This document shows, one piece after another, positions 18,400 through 28,977 of a stretch of 64,000 bases of DNA; the stretch's first letter is position 1, and each line of letters opens with the position of its first letter. This DNA is from Candidatus Nomurabacteria bacterium. GTDB taxonomy: Bacteria; Patescibacteriota; Saccharimonadia; Saccharimonadales; JAGQNJ01. The translations under genes were made by a program, and so were the position numbers. Under the pieces are notes generated by a model that saw only the letters and a program-made list of their open reading frames with translations, was not told the origin of the DNA and searched no databases. Where the stretch lies: positions 673,890 through 737,889 of the forward strand of contig CP060231.1 in assembly GCA_023898625.1 (NCBI GenBank), read 5' to 3'.

Positions 18400-20079
18400 T
18401 TATGAGTCAAAATTTTTTCTGAAGTGTTGGGTCGTATATTGCCAAGTTGCATCGGTTTTCTTGTGGGGATTAAAGATGTTATCTGGATCAAAAATTGCTT
18501 TTAATTCTTTAAAGTAGCCTAAAACTTCCTTGCCGTACATCTGTTCTAACCATGGGCCTCGAATCAAGCCATCATTATGTTCTCCACTTAAAGATCCATG
18601 ATATTTCAGGACTAGCTGATTAACTTCTTCCATGGCTGGCAAAATTTTGTTACGGTCACTATCTTGTGCTATATCCATTAATGGGATGATATGAAAATTC
18701 CCATCACCCATATGTCCGGCAATAGTAGCGAATAGGCGATATTTTTTAATAATCTTACGCATCTGTGGCAAAAATTTGGCTAAGTATTCTGGTCTAACGA
18801 CTAAGTCATCTATAAATGGGGCAGTGTGCTTATCTTTAACCTTGCTTCGTAGGATCTGAAAACTGTATCTTCGCATAATCCAAAATTTTTCGCCCTGACG
18901 TTCGTAGGGTGCTTCTTCGAACCCACTGATTCCATAGTATTTGGCGTTTTGTTCAAGTTCTTTGCGTAGTGCATGGATCTTCTCTTTAATTTCTTCTGGA
19001 TCGTCACCCTTAATAGAAGCCATCAGTATAAGTCGTGGCACTCCCTTGATGAGTAGTAACGCGTCTGGTATTAAGCTGATTAACAGGTGAAGAAATTTTT
19101 TAACTCCCAAAAATTTAAGGAAGTATGGCATAAATCGTATAGATAAGATTAGTGTGTTATCATCGAAAGATTCAAATCTAGAAGGTTTTTTATCAACTAC
19201 GACTTTAATTAGTTCACCTAAACGACGTAAGTCCTTTACAAAGATAACCAATAATCCCTCATCGCTACGTGCGTGCGTTAACCTAAACTCAATATCAGTC
19301 ACAAAACCCAAAGTTCCTTGCCCACCAACTATAGCCTTAGTAAGGTCAAATATGCCTGTTTCGCGATCCCAAACATCCCATAAGCAGTAGCCAGTGGCAT
19401 TCTTGCTAACATTCGGTTTCGCTTGTTTGATTGAATCATAATGCCCATCAACTAATTTAAAAACTTTTCGGTATACTTCTCCCTCAAAATCCTTCTGTTT
19501 CATTTTAGCTTCAAGCTGTTTTTTGTTTAAGGGTTTAACCTCACGTTTGATGCCGTCTGCAAATACAAAATCAATCTTGTTAACAAAATTAGCAGTCTGC
19601 CCGAATTCAATAGATTTTTCTCCGCCAGAGTTGTTGTTAACCATACCGCCAACCGTACAAAGGTCTCTAGATGCGGGGTAAGTTGGCATTAAGACACCTT
19701 TTGCTTTGGCTTGGGCGTCAAAATCCTTGAACATTACGCCAGGTTGAAGACTAGCCGAATCTTTACCAATATCATGTATTTCTGTCAGATGTCTCTTAAA
19801 GTCAACAATAACTGAATCGTTAATAGCACCCCCAGACATATCAGTTCCGGAGCTCCTTGCTGTTAAAGATAAACCTTTTTGTTCTGATTTGAGGTGTTTC
19901 GTGGTCGTTACTATTCTCTCTACGTCCTTGGCGTGTTTTGGCGCAACGACTAACTCAGGGCGTACTTCGAGCATTGAAGCATCATGGCTATATTGATCAA
20001 GCAACTCAGTCGCGTCTTCAATCTCGCCCTCAAATCCAGTTTGTTTTAGTTGTTCTATGAATTTTTGTATATCAGACAT
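18400..20079 (-). CDS. FAD-linked oxidase (GlcD / D-lactate dehydrogenase family)
   Basis: 559 aa; FAD-binding PCMH-type N-domain (ARSSGTDMSGG) and C-terminal oxidase domain (GSLSGEHNDG). Confidence 0.8.
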   Translation of the reverse strand: MSDIQKFIEQLKQTGFEGEIEDATELLDQYSHDASMLEVRPELVVAPKHAKDVERIVTTTKHLKSEQKGLSLTARSSGTDMSGGAINDSVIVDFKRHLTEIHDIGKDSASLQPGVMFKDFDAQAKAKGVLMPTYPASRDLCTVGGMVNNNSGGEKSIEFGQTANFVNKIDFVFADGIKREVKPLNKKQLEAKMKQKDFEGEVYRKVFKLVDGHYDSIKQAKPNVSKNATGYCLWDVWDRETGIFDLTKAIVGGQGTLGFVTDIEFRLTHARSDEGLLVIFVKDLRRLGELIKVVVDKKPSRFESFDDNTLILSIRFMPYFLKFLGVKKFLHLLISLIPDALLLIKGVPRLILMASIKGDDPEEIKEKIHALRKELEQNAKYYGISGFEEAPYERQGEKFWIMRRYSFQILRSKVKDKHTAPFIDDLVVRPEYLAKFLPQMRKIIKKYRLFATIAGHMGDGNFHIIPLMDIAQDSDRNKILPAMEEVNQLVLKYHGSLSGEHNDGLIRGPWLEQMYGKEVLGYFKELKAIFDPDNIFNPHKKTDATWQYTTQHFRKNFDS

Positions 20080-20243
20080 TTTTGGCCTTTCCAGTAAATA
20101 CTATCATATTTTTGGGTAGATTGACATCGGATATTTATATTAAATATTGCAGAATCGGACAAATGTTAATTTTACATTAGTCAATTAATGTTGAATTGCC
20201 CGAATGGTATTGGGTGATTCAAGGGTAAATAAACTGTTTCGAA

Positions 20244-22541
20244 CTATAGCACTTCTGCTGTACAGAATATGAACGAACAACTTGTTTTTAAGCTTAATGA
20301 AGCAGGCCCTGAGACGTTTCCAGTAGCATCACTAGCAGTTACCGAGTAGTTGTAGACTCTTTCAGCTTCCAAAGCTCCTGAATCTGTGAAGACAGTGGCA
20401 GTTGTTTGACCTATTGGTGAAGCGTCTCTAAGAACTTGATAGGTAATTGCACTGTCATCATTATCTGAAGAAGCATCCCACATGACATTCATGACATATC
20501 TTAGCTTTGTCCAGTCGAACTGTAGATTTGTTCGTAGACTTGTCGGTACAGTAGGTACTTCTGTGTCTTTGACAGGCTCAATTGGTTGAGTAGGTTCAGC
20601 TTGATTTGTAACTTTAACATTGATTATTTTTTCAGTATAGACATTTCCTGGATCACCTTGTTTTCTTACTCTTGCAACTATCTTATGCGCGCCATTACTG
20701 AATTTGGTTGTATTCCATTCCCATAGAAATGGATCTGACTTATCAGTGGTCTGCCATTGATTGTCTATCCTAAATGATACTTCTTGGATAGGGAAGGTTG
20801 CAGTGACTTTTATTGTAGTATTGCCTGTTACTGTTGACCCTTCATTTGGTCCAGACACAGTTACGTTAGGTTCCGGTGTTGTTGGAGTGGTTGTGGGTGG
20901 AGTTGTGATAGGAGTCGTACAATTTTCGCCCGTATTTAATGGTACACAGGTTTCATTTGTTACTAATACCCGATCGATCTTAACACCATTCTCGATGCCT
21001 GTGATTGTAATTTTTCGTGTACCCGCGCTAAGAGTGACTGTAGCTTTGTTGTTTAAGTCACCGTTTTTGTAATCTACCCATGTCCATGTGTTAGCTTTCA
21101 AGCCACCATCACCCATTTTTATAGCCGTACCATTGTCAACTTGAGCTTGAATGGCGTTATTGACTGCATCTGGTGCGTTAAGTCGTACCCAGAGTTTATA
21201 GGTGCCATTTGCTGGTATTGTAATATCCTGTGTTAACGTACCAAATGACGACGAAGTTGTTGTGGTTGTTGTAGAGGGCTTATCTAGATCTTTAACGCGC
21301 ATTACTCTTTGATCTTCACCAAGTATTTTATCGAACCTTGCAAGCTGACCTTTTGCTAATGTCCAAGGTCCTTTACGGCTATTTAGACATGAATCAAAAT
21401 ATGTATAGGAGATAACATCTTTATGATTCGCGAAGCTCCAATCCCAAAACGCTTGCATGTTATCTGCGGCAACTTTCTCCTGGCTATCTGTAGTAGTTTT
21501 AAGAATCATATTTTCTGGCTTACAGTCTGAATTAGTCCATAGTTTTCCGTCAGGTACTTTCTTTTGCCAACTTCCACCTGATATTGTTCTAAGTCCCCAT
21601 TCTGCTGTACCGTATGGGATTTTTTTCTTATCTGCCCATGATGAAAAGTTTTTCCAGCCTGTGTCGGCCAACATACTCAGACCTTCTTTTTCAACATACG
21701 GATCAACTATATATGCATCCCAGATACCGTTTACCCACCAGTCGTTGTAATTACGTCCAGAAGCTGGATCCCATGTCCAGGTCATCAATACAGGCATAAA
21801 TGCAATATTTTTTGTACCTAATGCATTTATACGATCACGTACATGTTTTTGCATATTTCTCCAGCCAGCTGCTCCGGCGGGATCGTCTATTCCATTACTT
21901 CCACCACCACCTTCGGGTTCATGGTGTACAGTAAACCAAACAGGACCACCTAGAGAGTCAAGTTGCTTTAGCATATTATCTAGTTCAGCATCATGTTGTC
22001 CAGACGCCACAGAAGCCCATCCTGGAGTCTTGACAGAAACATGAGGTAATCGGTTTGCTACTAGGTCGCTTTTGGCTGTCGATATCATACTTGGGCTATT
22101 CCACCCCCAAAATGTTCGTCGAATTGCTAGTGATTTACCCGCTACATTTTCATGTTTTGACGGGTCACCATTGCCGTCTACTGCTGAACCCCAGTATGCC
22201 TTACCTGTAACTAGAGGGTTCGGATCCCCCGGAAAGCGCTGAATAGATGCAGGTTTTGTGATGGCAGTTTGTGTATTAAAAACAACATATTTACCGCCAG
22301 AAGCAGTAGCATCACTTGATACCGTTGCTCCACCTGATTTTTTTGCAACTTCAGCCTCAAAATTTGATGTTGCTGCGTGAGCACCAAATATCCAAATTGT
22401 ACCGATAAGAGCTATCGCGCCAACTACAATCAGTATCTTAATATTCCTCGGTATCCTAGAAATAAAACTACTATTATTTGAGGACCGCTTTTTTGCTATT
22501 GTCGACCGTTTAGTTTTTATTTTTCTCTTTTGTGTAGCCAT
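20244..22541 (-). CDS. secreted multidomain glycoside hydrolase (GH26-like clan GH-A core + CBM + Ig-like + FN3)
   Basis: 765 aa; N-terminal TM anchor; catalytic-like VWFTVHHEPEG; Thr/Pro linkers; CBM-like block (YKLWVRLNA...IDRVLV); C-terminal FN3-like block. Confidence 0.6.
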   Translation of the reverse strand: MATQKRKIKTKRSTIAKKRSSNNSSFISRIPRNIKILIVVGAIALIGTIWIFGAHAATSNFEAEVAKKSGGATVSSDATASGGKYVVFNTQTAITKPASIQRFPGDPNPLVTGKAYWGSAVDGNGDPSKHENVAGKSLAIRRTFWGWNSPSMISTAKSDLVANRLPHVSVKTPGWASVASGQHDAELDNMLKQLDSLGGPVWFTVHHEPEGGGGSNGIDDPAGAAGWRNMQKHVRDRINALGTKNIAFMPVLMTWTWDPASGRNYNDWWVNGIWDAYIVDPYVEKEGLSMLADTGWKNFSSWADKKKIPYGTAEWGLRTISGGSWQKKVPDGKLWTNSDCKPENMILKTTTDSQEKVAADNMQAFWDWSFANHKDVISYTYFDSCLNSRKGPWTLAKGQLARFDKILGEDQRVMRVKDLDKPSTTTTTTSSSFGTLTQDITIPANGTYKLWVRLNAPDAVNNAIQAQVDNGTAIKMGDGGLKANTWTWVDYKNGDLNNKATVTLSAGTRKITITGIENGVKIDRVLVTNETCVPLNTGENCTTPITTPPTTTPTTPEPNVTVSGPNEGSTVTGNTTIKVTATFPIQEVSFRIDNQWQTTDKSDPFLWEWNTTKFSNGAHKIVARVRKQGDPGNVYTEKIINVKVTNQAEPTQPIEPVKDTEVPTVPTSLRTNLQFDWTKLRYVMNVMWDASSDNDDSAITYQVLRDASPIGQTTATVFTDSGALEAERVYNYSVTASDATGNVSGPASLSLKTSCSFIFCTAEVL

Positions 22542-22910
22542 ATGACTTCCTTTTTATGTATATCTTTTGGTTTTTTATGTATTACATTTTAATATTAACA
22601 ATACAAAGAGTCTAAGTCAAAAGGATAGAATTGATATATACTTAAAGGACTATCTTGTATTTAGCTATGACAGCTATGTACTAGACGATCTATTAGCAGA
22701 ATCTATCAATTTTTCGTGGGCTTACAGACACTTATGGTAGAAACATGGTGTATGTCCTGAATTTAGGATTTGTAAACAGTGAGGGCAAGATTTCAACTAT
22801 ATTTATGACTTCTGATGCTAACTTATTGCAATAACAAACATATTTTGATGTGCGGTTAACGTAGTGTATATTTAAAGCATAAGAGGGTAATTTAGGAACG
22901 ATAACAATAC

Positions 22911-25070
22911 ATGAAGCGAATTAAGGAATTTAGATGGGGGAACCTAAAGAACTTGAGACAATCTAAGTATTTTGTCATTTTGGTAGTGGGCGTGATAGGG
23001 GTGGCTACGCTGCTGGTATCAAGTGCCTCGACATTCAGTATTGCACTAAATGTTGAGAATGGAGTTCTTTCTGGATGCGTGGAGCCTATTGCCGATAGTT
23101 CAGCTACGGGATCTGGCAATAATGTAGTACGTTTTGGTACTGGATCAAAGTGTACCACACCACCACAACCTCCGGTTAGTGGTGAATACGGAGCACAACT
23201 ACCGATTAATTATAACTTGTCATCATTAACCGGGTCGATTAAGTATGTTGCTCCAAATGGTAATGATAGTGGGAGTGGTAATGTCGATTCACCGTATTTA
23301 ACACTAGGTAAAGCGATTGGCGCGGTTAGTTCTGGCGGTACGGTTGTGATGCGAGGTGGGGTATATAGGGGTAACGTTAATGTCGGAGTATCAAAGACAG
23401 TAAAAATAATCGCCTATCCTGGTGAGATTCCAGAACTACGTGGTTCAGTCGCAGTACCTAGTTCGACTGCTAGCAACAGTGGCTGGAACACCGAAGGCAA
23501 CTACAAATGGCGTTCATATAACCCGCGACCAGTTACCGGTGGAAGTGGCTTTGATTTCCCAAATAGTAACATGGGCTTAGCTGGTGATTACTCTGCTCGA
23601 TATCCCGACCAGGCATGGATTGGCAATGACTCACTTGACCAAGTAACTAATAAAGGCGATCTGGGTGATGGGAAGTTCTGGGTTGACCGTTCAAATAAAA
23701 GGTTATATTTGACTGCAAATGATGCTAGTAAATCTAATATAGAGTCATCACGATCTGCGCCTAGCTCCGGTGATAGAGATAGAGCTATCCAAATAAAAAG
23801 CCCTAATGTTCGCGTAGAAGGCATAAAAGTAGCGCGTTATTCAAATACGGCTGACGATTATGGCGTTGTAATTGTAGACAGTGGCTCTCATGGTACTGTT
23901 TTGAAGAACATTGTAATAACCGATTCAGCATTACTAACACTGACAGTTAATATTGCGGATTCAGTTGTTGTTGAAAATGCCACCTTTACACGCTCAAACT
24001 GGATGGGGGTTAGTGCTGTACAAACAGATAATTTAACATTAAAATCAGTGAAAATTACTGATATGAACTACCTACGTGAGTTTACCGTAGATCCGCAAAC
24101 AGGGGGCATGAAAGCCTCAAAAACTAGAAGAACAAAGGTAGATAATAGTTACATTGCAAATAACTACTCACCAGGCTTGTGGTATGACGACAGCAATACC
24201 GATGCTGTAATTGCTAATTCTTATATTCTAGATAACGAAGGTAATGGTGTTTTTTGGGAGATTGCAGACGGACTGCTTATGGTAAATAATTTCATTCGAC
24301 AGAAGTCTAAAAAGGCAGCCTTTGCAGATGCCGGATCTTCGGGTGTAAAAATGATTAACAACACTATAATAGGCGGAACTAACCCAGTAGCAATTTATAC
24401 AGACGGCAGGTCAGCACCAAAATGCGCCAGCTCTCTATATCCATATTCAGCATGTGTTGGAGAAGTGTGGTCAAGCAATAGACTAAGTGAACTCAACCCA
24501 AATCCACCTCCAGAGTTACTAGCCAGAAAAGATGGCGGAGGTGCGACAAGATTTGGTCGCCGACAGTCATTAGACTGGATGCCAAGAATAGATATAATGA
24601 TCAATAACGTTATGGCCTACCCTAATACGTCAGGCGATAGTCCATATATTTGCGCCAAGACTCCTCTATGCTTCATGTTATCCCATAGTTCGGGTGCAAA
24701 AGCTCCTATTGAAACTATCCTACATAAGGCTAATAAGCCATGGAGTGGCATACCAGAAACAGTAATGAATGGTAACGTATACGCCACCAATGAATCTGGA
24801 AAAACCTTAATATACATCAGAGAAGGCACAAAATATACCGACCTCAGTGTCTTCCGTAACGCTATGGCCTCTGCGCCAGTTAGTATAGGTGGCATGGAAG
24901 CAAATGGTCTTCAGGGTACAGAATATGTTAATACAAACGGTTCACCAACTCAGAAATTGATTGATCGTTACTCCAATGCCGTCGCGGTTCCATCAGACAG
25001 CAGTATCAATCAGTATATATCCGCTGGAACCAAACGCTACGGCACATCATTAGATGTTTCAAAATACTAA
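22911..25070 (+). CDS. secreted right-handed beta-helix (pectate-lyase-fold) protein
   Basis: 719 aa; N-terminal TM anchor; DSPYLTLGKAIGAVSSGGTVVMRGGVYRG entry motif and repeated N-/G-rich beta-helix turns. Confidence 0.65.
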   Translation: MKRIKEFRWGNLKNLRQSKYFVILVVGVIGVATLLVSSASTFSIALNVENGVLSGCVEPIADSSATGSGNNVVRFGTGSKCTTPPQPPVSGEYGAQLPINYNLSSLTGSIKYVAPNGNDSGSGNVDSPYLTLGKAIGAVSSGGTVVMRGGVYRGNVNVGVSKTVKIIAYPGEIPELRGSVAVPSSTASNSGWNTEGNYKWRSYNPRPVTGGSGFDFPNSNMGLAGDYSARYPDQAWIGNDSLDQVTNKGDLGDGKFWVDRSNKRLYLTANDASKSNIESSRSAPSSGDRDRAIQIKSPNVRVEGIKVARYSNTADDYGVVIVDSGSHGTVLKNIVITDSALLTLTVNIADSVVVENATFTRSNWMGVSAVQTDNLTLKSVKITDMNYLREFTVDPQTGGMKASKTRRTKVDNSYIANNYSPGLWYDDSNTDAVIANSYILDNEGNGVFWEIADGLLMVNNFIRQKSKKAAFADAGSSGVKMINNTIIGGTNPVAIYTDGRSAPKCASSLYPYSACVGEVWSSNRLSELNPNPPPELLARKDGGGATRFGRRQSLDWMPRIDIMINNVMAYPNTSGDSPYICAKTPLCFMLSHSSGAKAPIETILHKANKPWSGIPETVMNGNVYATNESGKTLIYIREGTKYTDLSVFRNAMASAPVSIGGMEANGLQGTEYVNTNGSPTQKLIDRYSNAVAVPSDSSINQYISAGTKRYGTSLDVSKY

Positions 25071-25149
25071 AAAACAACGTTTTGAAAATTGTTATCAGTA
25101 TATTTGCATAAATATTCTAGTATGATTTGGTGTGATATACTGGCATAAA

Positions 25150-26061
25150 ATGCAATCAAATACCAGGCCATTAAACGTATTAAACGTATCTAAATTCTAC
25201 GGTTCAAGTAAAGGGATTGCAAATATTTCACTTGAGTTGAGCTCAGGTGAAATATTTGGTTTTTTAGGTCCAAACGGCGCCGGAAAAACTACAACAATTA
25301 GAACTATCATGAATTTTATTAAACCTACGAGTGGTTCAATTAAAATATTCGGTTTAGATAGTGTTAGCGATAGTGATCAAATAAAACAAATGGTGGGTTA
25401 TTTATCTGGCGAATTAGCACTTTATGATGATATGACTGGCCGTCAGTTACTTGAATATCTTGGTGCGCTTAATGCTGATACAGTTGACCAAGAGTACGTT
25501 AATTATATGAAGGAGATGTTCGATGCTAATCTTGATAAAAAATTACGAGAACTATCGAAGGGCAATCGACAGAAAATAGGTATCATTCAGGCTTTCATGC
25601 ATAAACCAAAATTATTAATTTTAGACGAGCCGACTTCTGGGTTGGATCCATTGATGCAAGAAAAATTTTTTGAGTTGTTAATTTCCGTAAAGAAGCAAGG
25701 TAGTACCGTATTTTTTTCTTCTCATAATATTGCTGAAGTGCAACGAGTTAGTGATAGGGTTGGGTTTATAAAAGACGGAGAACTCATAGGTATAGAAGAA
25801 GTTAGTAAGTTACGTGGGTTGGACGTTCACCAGCTAAAAGTCCGTTTTGGTGAGAAGGTTTCAAAAAAATCCTTTGAAAACATTGAAGGAATCGAACAAT
25901 TTAATCTTTCTGGTATTGAGGGATGGTTTGAAGTGCGAGGGAGTGTCGATCCCTTCATAAAGGAGCTTGCTAGGCATAATGTAGTTAGTATTGAGCGTCA
26001 AGAAACAGCGCTAGAAGATATCTTTATGAAGTATTATCAATCTACGAAAGGTGAATCATGA
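25150..26061 (+). CDS. ABC transporter ATP-binding protein
   Basis: Walker A GPNGAGKTT, signature LSKGNRQK, Walker B LLILDEP; start refined to the ATG 8 nt after TGaTATACT. Confidence 0.9.
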   Translation: MQSNTRPLNVLNVSKFYGSSKGIANISLELSSGEIFGFLGPNGAGKTTTIRTIMNFIKPTSGSIKIFGLDSVSDSDQIKQMVGYLSGELALYDDMTGRQLLEYLGALNADTVDQEYVNYMKEMFDANLDKKLRELSKGNRQKIGIIQAFMHKPKLLILDEPTSGLDPLMQEKFFELLISVKKQGSTVFFSSHNIAEVQRVSDRVGFIKDGELIGIEEVSKLRGLDVHQLKVRFGEKVSKKSFENIEGIEQFNLSGIEGWFEVRGSVDPFIKELARHNVVSIERQETALEDIFMKYYQSTKGES

Positions 26062-26861
26062 AAATATCTTCAATATTTCGCAAGACATTATTTGATCATA
26101 GAAAAGCGATAATTTTTTGGGCAACCGGAATTATTTTGATAGGTTTAATGTATGCTAAGATCTATCCTTCAGTAGGAGGTAACGCAAATTTCACAAAGGC
26201 GTTTAGTAGTGCTCCAGAAGGCTTCCAGGCATTCATAGGTAGCGCAGAGTTTTTTGCGACTCCGAACGGTTTTATTCACGCCGAATTCTTTGCTTTAACA
26301 ATGCCAGTAATATTTTGTATTCTAGCGATTGTGGTAGGAAGTAGCTTGATTTCCAAAGAGGAGGAATCCAAAACAATTGAATTGATTCTGTCACGACCAA
26401 TCAATAAAAGTAGAATAGTTTACGGAAAAACTCTGGGAATGATAACTTTGATCGGATGGTTGGGCATATGCATATTATTCGGCTTAATTATTGGAAGATA
26501 CCTAGTTTCTGAGTTCTCCATTAATTTAGTACAAGTAGGGTTATCGGCCTTAAATTTGGTTCTCTTGTCGTTAGTATTCGGTATGTTGGCATTAATGTTC
26601 AGTTGTGTATTTGGTGGTAGAGGTATTTCTGCAGGATTAGCAGGAGTCTATTTTATATTGAGCTATATGATTGGTACTTTTGGAGACATTATTAATTGGC
26701 TGAAGCCACTCAAACCAGCTTCGTTATTTACGTATTATGATACACAAAGCATTTTGCAAGGCACAATTCATTGGTGGCATCTTTTAGTTTTATTAAGTCT
26801 AATTATTAGTATGTACGGATTATCGATTGTTTGGTTTACCAGACGAGACATAAGGTACTAG
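26058..26861 (+). CDS. ABC-2 type permease
   Basis: 267 aa, six hydrophobic segments, ATGA overlap with the ATPase gene. Confidence 0.8.
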   Translation: MKISSIFRKTLFDHRKAIIFWATGIILIGLMYAKIYPSVGGNANFTKAFSSAPEGFQAFIGSAEFFATPNGFIHAEFFALTMPVIFCILAIVVGSSLISKEEESKTIELILSRPINKSRIVYGKTLGMITLIGWLGICILFGLIIGRYLVSEFSINLVQVGLSALNLVLLSLVFGMLALMFSCVFGGRGISAGLAGVYFILSYMIGTFGDIINWLKPLKPASLFTYYDTQSILQGTIHWWHLLVLLSLIISMYGLSIVWFTRRDIRY

Positions 26862-26979
26862 TCTATAGTCAATATAAGAGTGTATTGCGCTAAGTGTTTG
26901 AGAGTAGCTATGCATGACTATATAAAAATTGCATAATATCATAAAGTATGGAATAATACTCGAATTACGGAGAAAAAGT

Positions 26980-27774
26980 ATGATACATCCAGTTTTCAAT
27001 CAGTTACACGACATAAATACGGCTGAGGTTTGTAGTGAAATATTCAAAGAGCGCGAATATATATTTGTAACTAACGAAGAATCCAACCGGAAGTATGATT
27101 GCGATAGTTTTCCGCCAACTCCAGCATATTTTGGTTCAGTGATTTTTGCTTATATTGACAAACTAAACACTGGTATGATGGGGATTCGTCAACAAATGAT
27201 AATGTTAGGTTCTGGTATGGTTACTACCGATGAAATTGCAGATATGTACTCAAAAAATGTTGGAGAGGTAAGTAATCTGTCTGGTATTCTAGATGGAATA
27301 GACTATGGAGTTGATGAACATACAGGTGAGTCTATAACCTATAAGGAGTGGTATGTACGAAAGACGTTACAGAAGGGGAATAAGTTGTTGGCTGCTCATA
27401 TTATTGCCAGGACTGTAAGTGAGGGTGAACTAATAGGAGCTACTGTATTGCCCAGGATTGTTTCAGAAGATTTACCACTTTTGGCTCGCGATACAGTTAT
27501 AGCTATGCGTTCCGATATTAATGAACTTAAGAAGAGTGGCTTCTCAAGATTAAGCGATTATCAAATTGATGAAATGCTGAAGTTATTTTCTACTAACGAT
27601 CCGATATTAAAGGGTCTTGGCCACGTTGCCGCATGTTCTCTTTTGCCAGATGCAGGGTTGATCTCTTCACGACTTGGGGATACTCAAGAGATTAGTGGCT
27701 CTCATTCGTCATCTACGAATCCTAATAGAGCAGCCCGACGTGCCAATAAGCACAATAAGAGACGATTGAAATAG
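26980..27774 (+). CDS. hypothetical protein with a basic C-terminal tail
   Basis: Start chosen at MIHPVF after GGAG; no recognisable motif; the C-terminus is NRAARRANKHNKRRLK. Confidence 0.5.
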   Translation: MIHPVFNQLHDINTAEVCSEIFKEREYIFVTNEESNRKYDCDSFPPTPAYFGSVIFAYIDKLNTGMMGIRQQMIMLGSGMVTTDEIADMYSKNVGEVSNLSGILDGIDYGVDEHTGESITYKEWYVRKTLQKGNKLLAAHIIARTVSEGELIGATVLPRIVSEDLPLLARDTVIAMRSDINELKKSGFSRLSDYQIDEMLKLFSTNDPILKGLGHVAACSLLPDAGLISSRLGDTQEISGSHSSSTNPNRAARRANKHNKRRLK

Positions 27775-27921
27775 TGGTTACCACGATTGTTGCATATTTT
27801 GTATGTAGTTTTATGTATCTCGGATACATTAGCTTTATGCACTACTCTATACCAAAATAGTCGAATCTTAAACAACTCATTTTTTTGAGGTCGACAGAAA
27901 GTATGGATTAAAATTTAATGG

Positions 27922-28224
27922 TCAGTCTTTATTTCGTTTTTCTATTCTACGATTTAGTGCGCTACGTAGTAAGAAGTTTGCCACTCCTGCGAGCATACCG
28001 ATTCCAATAAGTACATAGAAGATGGTGAATATTTTGCCGGCGTCAGTTTTTGGAGTAATATCTCCATAACCTACGGTTGTCAGGGTAATCACGCTAAAAT
28101 AGATCGCGTCAAGCCATTTTAATTGCTCTATGTGATGATAAAAGACCGTTCCGGTGCCCAGAGCTACAACTCCAGTTATTAAAACTGGCAACACGTTCTT
28201 TGTATTATTTGATTTTTGTTCCAC
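27922..28224 (-). CDS. minimal two-TM potassium channel
   Basis: 100 aa: TM1, pore helix, selectivity filter TTVGYGD, TM2, and no cytoplasmic gating domain. Confidence 0.85.
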   Translation of the reverse strand: MEQKSNNTKNVLPVLITGVVALGTGTVFYHHIEQLKWLDAIYFSVITLTTVGYGDITPKTDAGKIFTIFYVLIGIGMLAGVANFLLRSALNRRIEKRNKD

Positions 28225-28297
28225 ACCTAAATTTTAGAGCATAAATTATGAATTTCATAATAGAAATACCACATAGGTTTTCGTATAATTTAAAAAG

Positions 28298-28816
28298 ATG
28301 TTAAAACGAACAGCCATAGTAAAGGCAGAGCCATCAACAAAGGAAAATCTAAAATTAGCTGGAATATTTATATTCTTAATTATCTCAGCTACTTTAATGG
28401 GGGCTATGGGTAACGTTAATGCCATTGAGTGGATTCGTTGGTTTATGGGTGGATTGCTGATTATTTTTGGAGGTATGAAATTACTCGGCATAGAAGTTTT
28501 TGTTAAGGTATTTCCATTGTATGATTTGATTGCTAAACGAATCAAGCCGTATAAGTATGTGTATCCCTTAATGCAAGTATTTTTGGGATTACTGTTTTTG
28601 GCTGGATTAATGTCGGTATTTAGAAATCTTCTTGTAATTGTTATGGGGCTTTCAGGTTTAATAGGGATGATTAGAATAGTTTCACAAAGGGGTCCGATAA
28701 GACTATCGTATTTGGGGTCAATTTTAAGGTTAAGGTATTCAACCGTATCAATTATAGAAAACACATTAATGGTCTGTTTATCATTTGTAATGTTGATTGC
28801 AGAATTACTGGCATAG
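28298..28816 (+). CDS. integral membrane protein (MauE/DoxX-like)
   Basis: 172 aa with four to five hydrophobic helices; preferred over the antisense ORF 28255-28764. Confidence 0.6.
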   Translation: MLKRTAIVKAEPSTKENLKLAGIFIFLIISATLMGAMGNVNAIEWIRWFMGGLLIIFGGMKLLGIEVFVKVFPLYDLIAKRIKPYKYVYPLMQVFLGLLFLAGLMSVFRNLLVIVMGLSGLIGMIRIVSQRGPIRLSYLGSILRLRYSTVSIIENTLMVCLSFVMLIAELLA

Positions 28817-28896
28817 TGCGAATGTGATATTAATCATATTGCAAATATTGAAATCCAGGCTTATGCTTGATATTAGGAAGTGTGAGGCTTCCCACA

Positions 28897-28930
28897 GACC
28901 CTGACAAGACTGTCGGGGTCCATGTTTTTT
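28897..28930 (+). terminator. candidate intrinsic terminator
   Basis: 9-bp stem gaccctgac (28897-28905) / gtcggggtc (28912-28920, one G-U pair), then catgTTTTTT. Confidence 0.5.
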
Positions 28931-28977
28931 ATACTTGGTCTGCAATATCTATCGGCTTCTGATAAAATATAGTAAAT

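Noticed and set aside
28255-28764. 169-aa minus-strand ORF antisense to the membrane protein gene
   Set aside because: It is a low-complexity Ile/Asn/Lys-rich translation typical of the antisense of an AT-rich membrane gene. The + strand ORF has clear TM periodicity and a downstream terminator.
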